Source of the DNA: an uncultured bacterium
Lineage (GTDB): Bacteria; Edwardsbacteria; AC1; EtOH8
NCBI GenBank assembly: GCA_963780225.1
Contig: CAWAAX010000009.1
Location: forward strand, 96,001 to 160,000
Length of the DNA stretch: 64,000 nt
Reading direction: 5' to 3'
The translations under genes and the position numbers were made by a program. Of this stretch, positions 18,912-28,843 are shown piece by piece; the first letter of the stretch is position 1, and every line of letters starts with the position of its first letter. The notes beneath the pieces are model-generated. The model was not told where the DNA came from and did not search any database. It saw only the letters and a list, made by a program, of their open reading frames with translations.

Positions 18912-20471
18912 TTACAGCTTCTCAAAGTCGCTGTGGGACAGGGCCAAAATGTTGTCCACCGGGAACAGCCAGCGGATATCCAGCAGTTTTTTCTTGATCA
19001 AGGCCAGCCGGGAGGCGGGGGGCAGCTTCATCACAGCCGTGACTACCTTCTCGATGTATTTTTCCCGGCCCCCGCGGGCGTAGACGCTGAAGACCTTTTC
19101 CGAGGCCTGCTCGGCCTCTTCGATGGCCATGATCTCCTCGGGAGACAACACCGGCTGGGGCAGTTGCAGTACTGTCTTTAAACTTACGAAGACCTGGGGA
19201 ATCTGGATGGGTTTGGGGGAGAAGGATGATAGGCCCTCCACCACCTCCAGGAATCCGGAGGGGATGACGAAGATCTTCTCGTCCTTCAGCTGCTTTTCCG
19301 CTTTGTTAGCCTGGCCTTCAATTTTTATATGGTGCCAGCGCAAAACCTTGCCGATCAGATCGGTACCACCCAAAAGCTCCAGCAGTTCCGGGGGCAGAGC
19401 CATGATGTAGGCCAGTGTCCGCAGTTCCTCATCCCGGATCTGGGGCAGAAATGACAGGCTCTGGATCTGCCGCTGGTGCAGGTAAAGCGAGAACTGGGGC
19501 AGTACCAGGCTTTCGTCGTGGATGGGCCAGCCATTGACCAAAGTCTGTTCGATAGCCGAGGAAAATGACAGGCTGCTGTTTTCCATTGGCAGGTTGCTCA
19601 GCAGATGGGAAAAATCATCCAGGTTGGATATGATATGGGGGTGGTTGAAGGGATAGCGGGTGATGTTCCGGATAAGCAGTCCGAACTGCTTTATCAGCAT
19701 GGAGATGGTTTTTACCTGGAAGGCCGGATCGAAGGATCGGGCCTCCTGGGGGGCGGCCGGCAGGCCGGAAGTCTTTTCGACCAGGCTCAACTCCAGCAGT
19801 TCGGTCAGGGTTTGGCAGGTCAAAAATTTGCCCATCCCGCTCAAGGAAACCAGATTGGAGACCGAAAGGGATCTTTGTCCCAGAAATTCCAGCAGTTTTT
19901 CCTGTTCCGGGGTCAGCCCTGGCGGCCGGGTTTTTGATTCGGCCTTAACGATGACCTCCAGCGAGGGGATCTCTTTTTTGATCCTCAGCCACTCGTCCAG
20001 CCGCCGCATGCCTTCCATCAAAAAGCCGTCCACCGCCAGGCGCACCGGGTATTTGCTCTGAGTGTACAGTTTGGCCTTGACGTCGAAGACATAGTGTCCC
20101 TCCACCCAGGTGAAGATCTCGTCCATGATTTCCTGGATCTTGTAGCGGATCACTTCCTCGAAATCATCCTGGGACAGGAACCCGCGTTCGATCAGGATCT
20201 CCTCCAGCGGTGCCTGCAGGTTCTTTTGCTGGGCTTCGGCCTCCATGAAGCCAGCCTCGGATACCAACCCGGTCTTGAATAGGTATTCGGAGATGTGTTC
20301 CTGGCGTCCCTCCTGGCGGTAGAAGCCGCCGGTGATGTACCCCTGATCCAGGTCAAAGGCGGCCTCGTCGCTGCCCTGCTTCAGGGTCAGGACGCCGTTC
20401 TTGCGCTGGCTGGAGATCAGCTGCAGTATCTCGGGGATGCTGAAATCGGAAAGATTGCCTTCTAGTGCCAT
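18912..20471 (-). CDS. DUF4388 (PatA_N-like) domain protein
   Basis: MALEGNLSDFSIPEILQLI...FTWVEGHYVF...LMEGMRRLDEW; C-terminal YPxxHP domain. Confidence 0.85.
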   Translation of the reverse strand: MALEGNLSDFSIPEILQLISSQRKNGVLTLKQGSDEAAFDLDQGYITGGFYRQEGRQEHISEYLFKTGLVSEAGFMEAEAQQKNLQAPLEEILIERGFLSQDDFEEVIRYKIQEIMDEIFTWVEGHYVFDVKAKLYTQSKYPVRLAVDGFLMEGMRRLDEWLRIKKEIPSLEVIVKAESKTRPPGLTPEQEKLLEFLGQRSLSVSNLVSLSGMGKFLTCQTLTELLELSLVEKTSGLPAAPQEARSFDPAFQVKTISMLIKQFGLLIRNITRYPFNHPHIISNLDDFSHLLSNLPMENSSLSFSSAIEQTLVNGWPIHDESLVLPQFSLYLHQRQIQSLSFLPQIRDEELRTLAYIMALPPELLELLGGTDLIGKVLRWHHIKIEGQANKAEKQLKDEKIFVIPSGFLEVVEGLSSFSPKPIQIPQVFVSLKTVLQLPQPVLSPEEIMAIEEAEQASEKVFSVYARGGREKYIEKVVTAVMKLPPASRLALIKKKLLDIRWLFPVDNILALSHSDFEKL

Positions 20472-20509
20472 CTTATTAGCTGTTAGCCGTTAGCTGTGAG
20501 GTTTATTTT

Positions 20510-20597
20510 GCCACTAAGCCACCAAGGCACCAAACCAGATTTAAAAATGGGGAATGGGAAATAAGAAATTAAATTTGTGTCTTTGTGTCTTTGTGGC
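20510..20597. repeat. ~9-bp-periodic inverted-repeat element
   Basis: GCCACTAAGCCACCAAGGCACCAA ... TTTGTGTCTTTGTGTCTTTGTGGC; homologous to 28752-28834. Confidence 0.7.
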
Positions 20598-21337
20598 TAA
20601 TCTCCAGTTGCCCGGGTGAACTCCAGGTACAGGCTTTCCAGGTCCTGGTGGCGGTGCTGGGAAAGCTCCCGCAGTTCCTCCAGGGTGCCCAGGGCCGCCA
20701 GTTTTCCGTTGGCGATGATGCCTATCCGGTGGCAGATGGTTTCGGCCAGGCTCAACGTATGTGTGGAGACCAGCAGGGAGCAGCCCTTTTGGGCCTCCTC
20801 CTGGAATATCCTTTTCACCAAGATGATGCTGGCCGGGTCCAACCCTACCAAAGGCTCGTCGATCAGATACACTTTTGGCTGGTGGAGCAAAGTGGCGGCC
20901 AGCACCGTCTTCTGGCGCATGCCGTGGGAATAGCTCTCGGCCCGGCGATCTATCCACTCCCGGGCCTCGAACCGGTCTATCAGCTCTTCCACCCGCTGTT
21001 CCAGGCCTTCATTAGAACAGCCGTAAAGCCGGGCCACCAGGTGCAAAAACTCCCGGCCCGAAAGTTTTTCATATATGAATGGATCATCGGGAATGAAACC
21101 CAGGCATTGCTTGGCCTTCAAGGGCTCCTGTTCCACGTCATAGCCGCAGATGGAGCGGGCGCCGGAGCCGGGCCGGAGGATGCCGGCCAGCATCTTCAAG
21201 GTGGTGGTCTTGCCGGCCCCGTTGGGCCCCAGCAGGCCGAAGATCTCCCCCGGCCCGATGAACAGGCTGATGCCATTCACCGCCAGCTTAGCGCCGTAAG
21301 ATTTACTCAGGTTCTTAAGTTCTATTCCCTGGCTCAT
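20597..21337 (-). CDS. ABC transporter ATP-binding protein
   Basis: GPNGAGKTT, YSHGMRQK, LIDEP. Confidence 0.92.
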   Translation of the reverse strand: MSQGIELKNLSKSYGAKLAVNGISLFIGPGEIFGLLGPNGAGKTTTLKMLAGILRPGSGARSICGYDVEQEPLKAKQCLGFIPDDPFIYEKLSGREFLHLVARLYGCSNEGLEQRVEELIDRFEAREWIDRRAESYSHGMRQKTVLAATLLHQPKVYLIDEPLVGLDPASIILVKRIFQEEAQKGCSLLVSTHTLSLAETICHRIGIIANGKLAALGTLEELRELSQHRHQDLESLYLEFTRATGD

Positions 21338-22797
21338 GGCGTATGTTCCAATATCTCAATTTTAAGGTTGCCGAAGGCGGAAAGCAAACGGGTCTGCTGG
21401 CTGAGGTCGCCCTCCACCAATCGCAGGCGGGCGGCGTCGGCCGGGGCCTGCCCGAAGGTGGGGTCCAACTCTATCCACTGTCCGCAGTAAACCGAGTTCC
21501 AGGCGTGGTAGTAGAACTTGCCGTCCAGGTAGACCACTCCCAGGGAGATCTTGCAGGGCAGTCCGGCGGCCCGGGCCAGGGCGGCGAACAGGGTGGCGTG
21601 CTCGTTGCAGTCGCCCCGCCTGGATTGCAGCACCTCCACCGCCGAGGGCAGGCTGACGGTCATGCTCTTCTCCAGATTCTCAAACACCCATTTCTCCAAA
21701 GCCAGCGCCTTGTCCCAATCACTCTTTTTCCCCTGGACCAGTCTTTGGGCCAGCTGCATTATCTCCGGGTCCTGTGACTGGATCAGCACCGTGGGCTTCA
21801 AGTACTCCTTAAGTTCATCCAGTTTACTGTTTACAGTTTCGAGTTCAGAAGTTTGTTCCCGGGTGACCTGCACGATCTGTTTCAGGCTGTCGATGATCGT
21901 TTGCCGGCCTCCGGCCACATCAAGGCCTTTCAGGTCCAACCCCGAGACCGCGATCAACATCCGTTCCGTCTCTCTTGGCTTGGGTAGTTCCCCTTTAATC
22001 ACTGGCACCGCAATGCTGCCCAGCAGGTCCATTTCGGGAAAATCTTCCGGCAGTATCAGGGCCTGCTCCTTGGTCTGGCGGATCATGGTAATCCCCAGCG
22101 GGCCTTCCTCCTTAAGGGTCTGGCCCAAAGTGTCCACCCAGGCCAGGCTTTTGGAGCCGGAGAAGCTGGTCTCCAGCTTGACGGCCTGGGTCCAGGAACC
22201 GTCCAGCAGCAGGGAGTCGGGGCCGATCACCTTTACCGTCAGAGGCACCACCGCCATGGAGGCCGGGTCGAATACCGAGAACTGATATTCTTTGCCGGAA
22301 ACCAGGCTCTTGTCGATAAGCATCGGCTCCAAAGCCTCGGGCATGGTGATGTTTCCCGGGATGTCCATCTCGGCGCTTTGGCTTTGGCCGTTGGACAGGA
22401 TCGAAAGGGCCAATCGTCTGGCTTTGACCAATCCCTTTACCGAGATCTCGGCAGCTCCGGCCATCTTGAATTCAAAGCCGGTCAGCTGGTAATCTTTATC
22501 CAGGTCGTAGTTCAAAGTGGTGGAGACCTGGCGGACCTCGCCCATAAGCGGCAGGTTCATCAGCGATTTGTTGGAGACGGCCTGGCCGCCGTCAGCCAGC
22601 ACCCGGGTCAGGGTGACAGAGTAGCCGATCTTCCGGTCCTGGTAATAGATGCCGTGCCATTGTTCGGACCCTGTCAAAGTTTTGGGCTTGATCTTGATCC
22701 CGGCAGGCTGGCAACCGGCCCGGCCCAGGCCGAACCAGGCCAGGGAGCCGGCCCAGGCCAAACCCAGGAGTATAAGAAGCGATGTCTTTTTGCTCAT
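21334..22797 (-). CDS. Transglutaminase-like domain protein, exported
   Basis: GDCNEHA, HAW, DPT catalytic triad; N-terminal hydrophobic segment after MSKK (start re-picked at 22797). Confidence 0.85.
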   Translation of the reverse strand: MSKKTSLLILLGLAWAGSLAWFGLGRAGCQPAGIKIKPKTLTGSEQWHGIYYQDRKIGYSVTLTRVLADGGQAVSNKSLMNLPLMGEVRQVSTTLNYDLDKDYQLTGFEFKMAGAAEISVKGLVKARRLALSILSNGQSQSAEMDIPGNITMPEALEPMLIDKSLVSGKEYQFSVFDPASMAVVPLTVKVIGPDSLLLDGSWTQAVKLETSFSGSKSLAWVDTLGQTLKEEGPLGITMIRQTKEQALILPEDFPEMDLLGSIAVPVIKGELPKPRETERMLIAVSGLDLKGLDVAGGRQTIIDSLKQIVQVTREQTSELETVNSKLDELKEYLKPTVLIQSQDPEIMQLAQRLVQGKKSDWDKALALEKWVFENLEKSMTVSLPSAVEVLQSRRGDCNEHATLFAALARAAGLPCKISLGVVYLDGKFYYHAWNSVYCGQWIELDPTFGQAPADAARLRLVEGDLSQQTRLLSAFGNLKIEILEHTP

Positions 22798-22849
22798 AAT
22801 TCCCATGCAAATTCTAAAAATTGTCCTGAGTCCGGCAACAGTACCCGGC

Positions 22850-23008
22850 AAACGAAAGGATTTTAATGCCGAAACCCTAAACAAAACCAAATCACTGAAT
22901 TTCAATAAACTAAGGTGGTTTTAGGATTTAGGCACTTGGGTCATTGGCGTTTGTTTAGGATCTTTCGGCTTTGCTCAAGACAAGTTTAGAGTTTGGTGTT
23001 TAGGGTTT
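22850..23008. repeat. 7-bp-periodic inverted-repeat element with a 24-bp insertion at 22961-22984
   Basis: Right arm aligns to 18871-18904 once TCTTTCGGCTTTGCTCAAGACAAG is removed. Confidence 0.7.
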
Positions 23009-23158
23009 ATCAACTTTGTCTTTCGTTAAAGTTGAATTTCAATTATACCACCTGCACAAATTTAGTCAATAGATATTTCCCCCGGGCTTAAATTTTAACG
23101 ACGAACCAATTTCATGCCAACCGGATGGGCCGGGGGAAAGATTTTTTTTTAATAACCC

Positions 23159-23196
23159 TTGACAAGCAGTAAACTTTTTAATATCATATATGATAT
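23159..23196 (+). promoter_or_regulatory. sigma70 promoter with overlapping palindromic operator
   Basis: TTGACA-17-TATCAT; perfect palindrome ATATCATATATGATAT at 23181-23196. Confidence 0.6.
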
Positions 23197-23326
23197 AAGC
23201 ACTTACCAACTTTTATTAGGTTGACATATTATATAAAGAAGGAGGTGAGCCGTAGCCAGTTTATTTAAGTGAATATTACCAAGCTATGTTTACAAAACCA
23301 ACCAATAACAAACTGGAGGAGGAAAA

Positions 23327-24988
23327 ATGAGAGCAAGAGCAATAGTGCTTACCCTGATGCTGGCAGCCCTGGCGGCCAATGCCTTTGCCGCAGAAGGACT
23401 GACCTGGTGGTCCAACCCCTGGACAGAATCATTCCGCAGCGCTTCCACCGGCTCATTATTGGAAGACGATCTGGATATCATGCTGGACCCGGCCGGACTT
23501 CCCACTTTGGAAGGATACCGGTTGTATACCAACCTGTCGAACCTGACCGGCAAGAACGAAGATGTTTTCAACAACGGCACCAACAATTACTATCTTTTGG
23601 GCGGATCCGGCAAAGTGATGGACTACGGCTATGCCGGCATGTTGTTCGACAGGTACGCCTATAGCTACAGGGATACTACCCTGACCAACACCTCCAATTA
23701 TGTTGACAATGATGCCAACGGCACCTATGACCAGCGGACGGTGACCGATGCCATGAATTCCGATTATTACAAGAACGCCTGGACCGATTGGTGGCTGGGC
23801 TACGGCCGCAACTTCGGAGCGGGCAGATTGGGAGCTTTGGTCTATCGTCAGGCCGGGACCTATAACTCCATGCCAAATGGATTCAATGCCAGCAGTCATC
23901 TAGTGTTCACAGATCTGGTTACGGGCAATACAACCAGCGACATCAATACCGAGTATTCCCTGAATACGCTGACAGTGCGGAGCGTTACCGGTGGCGCCGT
24001 ATCCTATTGGATGCCCATGGGCGACAAGATAGACCTGGGACTGGCCGGGGGAATAAACATACGGCTGGCTACCGAGTATGACACCATGACCTATTCTTAT
24101 ACCTCCACCAATCCTTCGGCGGCCGGGACCAACGGTACCACAATAGACAGCACCGGTTATGTGGACATCATTCCGCAGGATAATGTGGGCCTGGAACTTA
24201 ATGTCAGGGGCGCCGCGGTTTACAAATGGAGCGACAACGTAAAGACCCGGACCGACCTGGTGTTCTCCACCCTGAGCGGCGAAAGAACCGACGGTTATCA
24301 TAACAGCGAATACAACAGCCTGGTCGCTTTCCAACTGCCCACCGGGGTTCAATCAACCAACATCCACCGGACCTATACCAGCGACCCAATAACCCAGGAC
24401 AACCACCGGATGAGTTTGTCGCTTTTTAGCAAGACCACTGCCAAGCTGGGCGAGAAGGTGGAAATGGCCATGGGGCTGGGTTTTGGGACATCCACCAGGG
24501 ATTACAGCACCAAATATACCCAGGATTACAACCAGACGGTGGTTTACAATGACGGTGATGCTATTGCGACGAATGATTATACCACAATAACGACCGGGAC
24601 CATCGATCATCAGGAAATCTATACCGAATCCAACTTTGGGATCAGCGCTCCGGTGGGATTGGAATTCCATATTACCAAGCCTTTCGTGTTTCGTCTAGGT
24701 GCCAGCCCTATTTATTCTTCAACAGATTATTCAGTTGACACATTAAACGAGTACACACCCAATAAAACCATCAACATCAACGGCGTGGGCGTCACGACCC
24801 AAACTATAACCACCCCGTTTGCCAGCACCAACGGCACTTACAATGTCCATAATCCCGCACGCATCAGTGTCAATTACAGCTATGGAGCGGGCTGGAAGAT
24901 CAGCGACAACCTACAGATAGACCTGATGGGGTTTGCTGATATTTATACCATGAGATATTGGAAGCTTTCGGCCATATTAAAATTCTAA
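23327..24988 (+). CDS. Putative outer-membrane beta-barrel protein
   Basis: Signal peptide (AFA), amphipathic strands rich in Y/T/N/G, C-terminal F; strong RBS. Confidence 0.7.
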   Translation: MRARAIVLTLMLAALAANAFAAEGLTWWSNPWTESFRSASTGSLLEDDLDIMLDPAGLPTLEGYRLYTNLSNLTGKNEDVFNNGTNNYYLLGGSGKVMDYGYAGMLFDRYAYSYRDTTLTNTSNYVDNDANGTYDQRTVTDAMNSDYYKNAWTDWWLGYGRNFGAGRLGALVYRQAGTYNSMPNGFNASSHLVFTDLVTGNTTSDINTEYSLNTLTVRSVTGGAVSYWMPMGDKIDLGLAGGINIRLATEYDTMTYSYTSTNPSAAGTNGTTIDSTGYVDIIPQDNVGLELNVRGAAVYKWSDNVKTRTDLVFSTLSGERTDGYHNSEYNSLVAFQLPTGVQSTNIHRTYTSDPITQDNHRMSLSLFSKTTAKLGEKVEMAMGLGFGTSTRDYSTKYTQDYNQTVVYNDGDAIATNDYTTITTGTIDHQEIYTESNFGISAPVGLEFHITKPFVFRLGASPIYSSTDYSVDTLNEYTPNKTININGVGVTTQTITTPFASTNGTYNVHNPARISVNYSYGAGWKISDNLQIDLMGFADIYTMRYWKLSAILKF

Positions 24989-25016
24989 AAAATAAATAAT
25001 ACTTTAGGAGATAAAA

Positions 25017-26303
25017 ATGAAATCAGCAAAGCAAATATGGCTGGGACTGGTGTTGGTAATGATCACAGCCCTCGTCTTCTCGGGCTGCGGCAAGAAGGAT
25101 AATCCCTTTGAACCCAGTTCCGACGGCACCGCAGGCGTGTCCGCCTCCAACCTGATCAATTCAGGGGCGGTGACCATCACTCCCGGATTGGGCAACGCAC
25201 TAACCGACCTGGATGCCGGCACCGCCGGTGTGCAGGCCCAGATAATCATAACCTTCCCGGTGAACATTAACGCCGGCACGGTCAACCTTACCAACATCAA
25301 GGTTGACGGCATCCAGGACAGCTCCATCACCTACTACCCCGAGCTGAAGAAGGCGGTGATCTACGGCACCTGGAGCTCCGTCGCCGCTTGGATCAATATG
25401 ACCCTGACTACCGGGCTGCAGGCCCAGGGCGGCGGCTATATCGATGGCAACGGCAACGGACAGGGTGATGGCGCCCCCTACGATAACAAGCGGTATTACG
25501 TCCGGGTGGGCGCACCCGCCACCCCGGCCCCGGACATCATTCATCCGGCACTGACGGGCGGATCACCATATGGGGGCTCCATTAACCCCATTTACCCCCA
25601 GTTCTACTGCGTTTTCGATGCCAACGACATGGATTCCAACCTGGTCAGGGCCAACTTCAGCGTCAAGGACAGCACAGGACGGAGCATAGCCTTGAAATCG
25701 AACGGAACCAACTGGACGGGCAGCTCATGGTATGTCTATTTCCGGCCCACCGGGGCCGATTCCATACTGGCATCCAACGCGCCTTACACTGTAAACATCA
25801 ACCTTAACAACCTCAAGGATACCACCACCCCTGTACCCAATAAGGCGGTGTGGATGAGTTACGGCTATGTGGCCAACATCCCCAACGCGGTCTGGCCATT
25901 CCGCACTGCGGGCACGGCGCCCGGAGACTACACCCCGCTTAGATTGTCGGGAAACCCCAGCCTGACAACCACTGAGATGATCATCGCCTTCAACGACAGC
26001 CTGGATATGGCCACGGCCATTGCCGGCAACATCATAGTTTACAAGACCAGCGGCGGTACCATAACCGGGGCCATCTCCGGCCAGATCTATGCCCAGCCGA
26101 GCGACATACCGGCCAGGCAGGTGCGCTTTACCCTGGAGAACGCTCCGACGGGATCAGGAACCTACCGTCTCTACCTGAACCGTCAGATGAAAGACAATGC
26201 CGGATTGATGCTTGATGGCAACGGCAATAACATAGGCGGCGAAGTTGGGGTTCCGGGCTGGAACATTCCCTCAGACGACATCAGCTGGAACTTCTCACGG
26301 TAA
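25017..26303 (+). CDS. Lipoprotein with Ig-like domains
   Basis: Lipobox FSGC; repeated DGNGN motifs; beta-rich sequence. Confidence 0.7.
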   Translation: MKSAKQIWLGLVLVMITALVFSGCGKKDNPFEPSSDGTAGVSASNLINSGAVTITPGLGNALTDLDAGTAGVQAQIIITFPVNINAGTVNLTNIKVDGIQDSSITYYPELKKAVIYGTWSSVAAWINMTLTTGLQAQGGGYIDGNGNGQGDGAPYDNKRYYVRVGAPATPAPDIIHPALTGGSPYGGSINPIYPQFYCVFDANDMDSNLVRANFSVKDSTGRSIALKSNGTNWTGSSWYVYFRPTGADSILASNAPYTVNINLNNLKDTTTPVPNKAVWMSYGYVANIPNAVWPFRTAGTAPGDYTPLRLSGNPSLTTTEMIIAFNDSLDMATAIAGNIIVYKTSGGTITGAISGQIYAQPSDIPARQVRFTLENAPTGSGTYRLYLNRQMKDNAGLMLDGNGNNIGGEVGVPGWNIPSDDISWNFSR

Positions 26304-26318
26304 TCGAAAGACCAAAAG

Positions 26319-26349
26319 AAAAGCCCCCCGCCTTTGGAGGGGGGCTTTT
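26319..26349 (+). terminator. Intrinsic terminator
   Basis: AAAAGCCCCCC...GGGGGGCTTTT. Confidence 0.75.
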
Positions 26350-26415
26350 GCTATTTACAAGCGGCAAAAAATATGCGATAATTGAAATTAAATGTGGTTC
26401 TATTGCCTTGGTTAA

Positions 26416-26473
26416 GACAGGATTAACATGATTTGCCGGAATGGTTCTGATTTTTAGTAATGCAAATCTTGTC
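26416..26473. repeat. GACAGGATTAACATGATT-family element
   Basis: Same arm at 27674, 61073 and 61129; inverted arm AATCTTGTC. Confidence 0.6.
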
Positions 26474-26499
26474 AACAACTCGAAGTATTATAAGCATTC

Positions 26500-27675
26500 A
26501 TGAAAAGGGTCATTCTGATAATCCTGGACGGTTGCGGGGTGGGAGAACTGCCCGATGCCGCCGATTTCGGCGACCGGGGCAGCAACACGCTGGGCAACCT
26601 TTCCCGGGCCATTCCCGGCGGGCTGAACCTGACTAATTTGCAGGCTTTAGGGCTGGGTAATGTCATTGATCTTCAGGGTCTCCCCCGAAATCCATCACCC
26701 AAAAGCTGCTGGGGCAAACTGACCGAACTCTCCAAGGGCAAGGATTCCACTTTCGGGCACTGGGAGATAGCGGGGCTGGTTACCGAAAAGCCATTGCCCA
26801 CCTATCCCCGCGGGTTTCCGCAGGAGATCATCGGACCTTTCAAAAAGGCCATCGGCCGGGACATTTTGGCAAACAAAGTGGCCTCCGGCACAGAGATCAT
26901 CAGGGAACTGGGGGACCAGCACGTCAAGACCGGTTTCCCCATCGTCTACACCTCGGCCGACAGCGTATTTCAGATAGCCTGCCACGAGGACATCATTCCC
27001 ATAGAGCAACTTTACGGCTGGTGTCAGAAGGCCCGGGACATCCTGACCGGAGAACACGCAGTGGGGAGGGTAATAGCCCGGCCGTTTACTGGAACTTCCG
27101 GAAACTATCAAAGAGTGGGAGGGCACCGCAAGGATTTTTCCCTAAAGCCGTTCAATCTCACGGTGCTAGATCACCTCAAGAACAGTGGCCTTCAGGTGAT
27201 AGGGGTGGGCAAGATCCACGACCTGTTCGCCGGGCAGGGATTGACTCAAAGCCTTCACACCGACGACAACCGGGACGGGATGCAGAAGATCCTAAAAGTC
27301 TTGCCGGATCTCAAACACGGCCTGCTGATGGCCAACCTGGTGGACTTTGACATGAGCTGGGGCCACCGCAACGATATCCAGGGCTTCTATCAGGGCTTAA
27401 AGGACTTCGACGCCTGGCTGCCAGAACTGCTGAAGGTCATGACCGGAGAAGATCTGCTCCTGATAACCGCCGACCACGGCAACGATCCCACCACGCCGTC
27501 CACCGATCACTCCCGGGAATACACACCACTGCTGGTTTACGGACCGGGGATCAAAAGCGGGATCAGCCTGGGAACCAGGGAAAGTTTTGCGGACATTGCG
27601 GCCACCTTGACCGATATATTCGGCATAAGAGGCACCGGACAGGGAACAAGTTTTTGGCCGGAGATCATTCTTTGA
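26500..27675 (+). CDS. deoB: Phosphopentomutase
   Basis: [44 protein letters not shown]. Confidence 0.95.
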   Translation: MKRVILIILDGCGVGELPDAADFGDRGSNTLGNLSRAIPGGLNLTNLQALGLGNVIDLQGLPRNPSPKSCWGKLTELSKGKDSTFGHWEIAGLVTEKPLPTYPRGFPQEIIGPFKKAIGRDILANKVASGTEIIRELGDQHVKTGFPIVYTSADSVFQIACHEDIIPIEQLYGWCQKARDILTGEHAVGRVIARPFTGTSGNYQRVGGHRKDFSLKPFNLTVLDHLKNSGLQVIGVGKIHDLFAGQGLTQSLHTDDNRDGMQKILKVLPDLKHGLLMANLVDFDMSWGHRNDIQGFYQGLKDFDAWLPELLKVMTGEDLLLITADHGNDPTTPSTDHSREYTPLLVYGPGIKSGISLGTRESFADIAATLTDIFGIRGTGQGTSFWPEIIL

Positions 27676-27746
27676 CAGGATTTACATGATTTCCATGATT
27701 TAGGGCATAAATTTTATCTGTAGGAATCAGTATTCTGACGGAAAGT

Positions 27747-28160
27747 ATGACGCAAAAGAAAAAAATAAACCGAACCGGGTTGGTCTCCGCCGCAAAAAAA
27801 GCCAAAGAGAGAGCCTATGCTCCGTACTCTAAATTCAAAGTAGGCGCGGCGCTTCTCGCTAAGAGCGGCAAGGTTTACACCGGATGCAACGTGGAGAACG
27901 CCTCTTACGGCCTGACCTGTTGCGCCGAGAGGAATGCGGTCTTTGAAGCGGTGGGCCGGGGTGAGAGAAACTTTGTCGCCATAGCTATCGTCTCCGATTC
28001 CCCGGAACCTACCGCGCCTTGCGGGGCCTGCCGCCAGGTGCTGAACGAGTTTGCGCCGGAGATGGAAGTGATCATGGCCGGGGCCAAGGGGCAGGTCAAA
28101 ACGAGGAAACTAAAAGAACTGCTTCCGGATTCCTTCGGCCCGAAATCACTAAAAATTTAG
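27747..28160 (+). CDS. cdd: Cytidine deaminase
   Basis: YAPYSKFKVGAA, CAER, PCGACRQ. Confidence 0.95.
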   Translation: MTQKKKINRTGLVSAAKKAKERAYAPYSKFKVGAALLAKSGKVYTGCNVENASYGLTCCAERNAVFEAVGRGERNFVAIAIVSDSPEPTAPCGACRQVLNEFAPEMEVIMAGAKGQVKTRKLKELLPDSFGPKSLKI

Positions 28161-28180
28161 TTAAGGATGTAGAGTAAACG

Positions 28181-28204
28181 CACTTCGGCCTTGCTCAGTG
28201 CAAG
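28181..28204 (+). repeat. 24-bp mini element
   Basis: CACT-TCG-GCCTT-GCTC-AGTG-CAAG. Confidence 0.7.
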
Positions 28205-28357
28205 CATTGCCACGACCTTCAGGTCGTGGCAGGCAATCTTATGAAACCCGCGGGGCTTTAGCCCCAGATTGAAACTGTAACCCTCAACATACGGGGTTAT
28301 AAACCCCGGAGATGTTTTTCCCGATTCTACTGCCACGAGCTGAAGCTCGTGGCAATG
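28205..28357. repeat. REPIN-like element (two inverted REP hairpins)
   Basis: GCCACGACCTTCAGGTCGTGGC ... GCCACGAGCTGAAGCTCGTGGC with inner GGGGCTTTAGCCCC hairpins. Confidence 0.75.
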
Positions 28358-28416
28358 GGATTGGATACCCCTGAATAGTTCCTCAAAACAAAAATACAAT
28401 AAAAGGAGAGAAGACT

Positions 28417-28743
28417 TTGTTCGGAATAGCATTTGCAATGGGACAGCCGGGAGCTCCGGCTACTGGACAGCAGAGCGGCGGCGGTTTGCTGAGCTTGCTG
28501 CCCATCGTCATCATGTTCGTCATCATCTACGTCCTGCTGATCCTTCCCCAGCAGCGCCAGCAGAAGAAGCACGCCCAGATGCTTAAGGGCCTGCAGAAGG
28601 GCGACAAGGTCATCGCCGCCGGCGGGATCCACGGCACCGTGGTGGGAGTGGATGACGCCCGGAACATGGTGGTGGTCAAGATAGACGAGAACGTCAAGAT
28701 AGAAGTGCAGAAGTCCACGGTCTCGGTCAAACTGGAGAAATAA
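28417..28743 (+). CDS. yajC: Preprotein translocase subunit YajC
   Basis: LLILPQQRQQK...LQKGDKVI..GGIHG. Confidence 0.93.
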   Translation: MFGIAFAMGQPGAPATGQQSGGGLLSLLPIVIMFVIIYVLLILPQQRQQKKHAQMLKGLQKGDKVIAAGGIHGTVVGVDDARNMVVVKIDENVKIEVQKSTVSVKLEK

Positions 28744-28751
28744 GAACCTTC

Positions 28752-28834
28752 ACCACGAAGGCACCAAGACACAAATACCAATTTCCAATCAGCAAATAAC
28801 GATTAACAAATTTGTGCCTTCGTGTCTTAGTGGC
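28752..28834. repeat. ~9-bp-periodic inverted-repeat element
   Basis: ACCACGAAGGCACCAAGACACAAA ... TTTGTGCCTTCGTGTCTTAGTGGC. Confidence 0.7.
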
Positions 28835-28843
28835 ATAACCGAG

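Noticed and set aside
23106..23122. sigma54 promoter (TGGCA.. on the minus strand)
   Set aside because: The -12 element reads TTGG rather than TTGC.
28157..28438. 93-aa minus-strand ORF
   Set aside because: It is a translation of the REPIN-like repeat.
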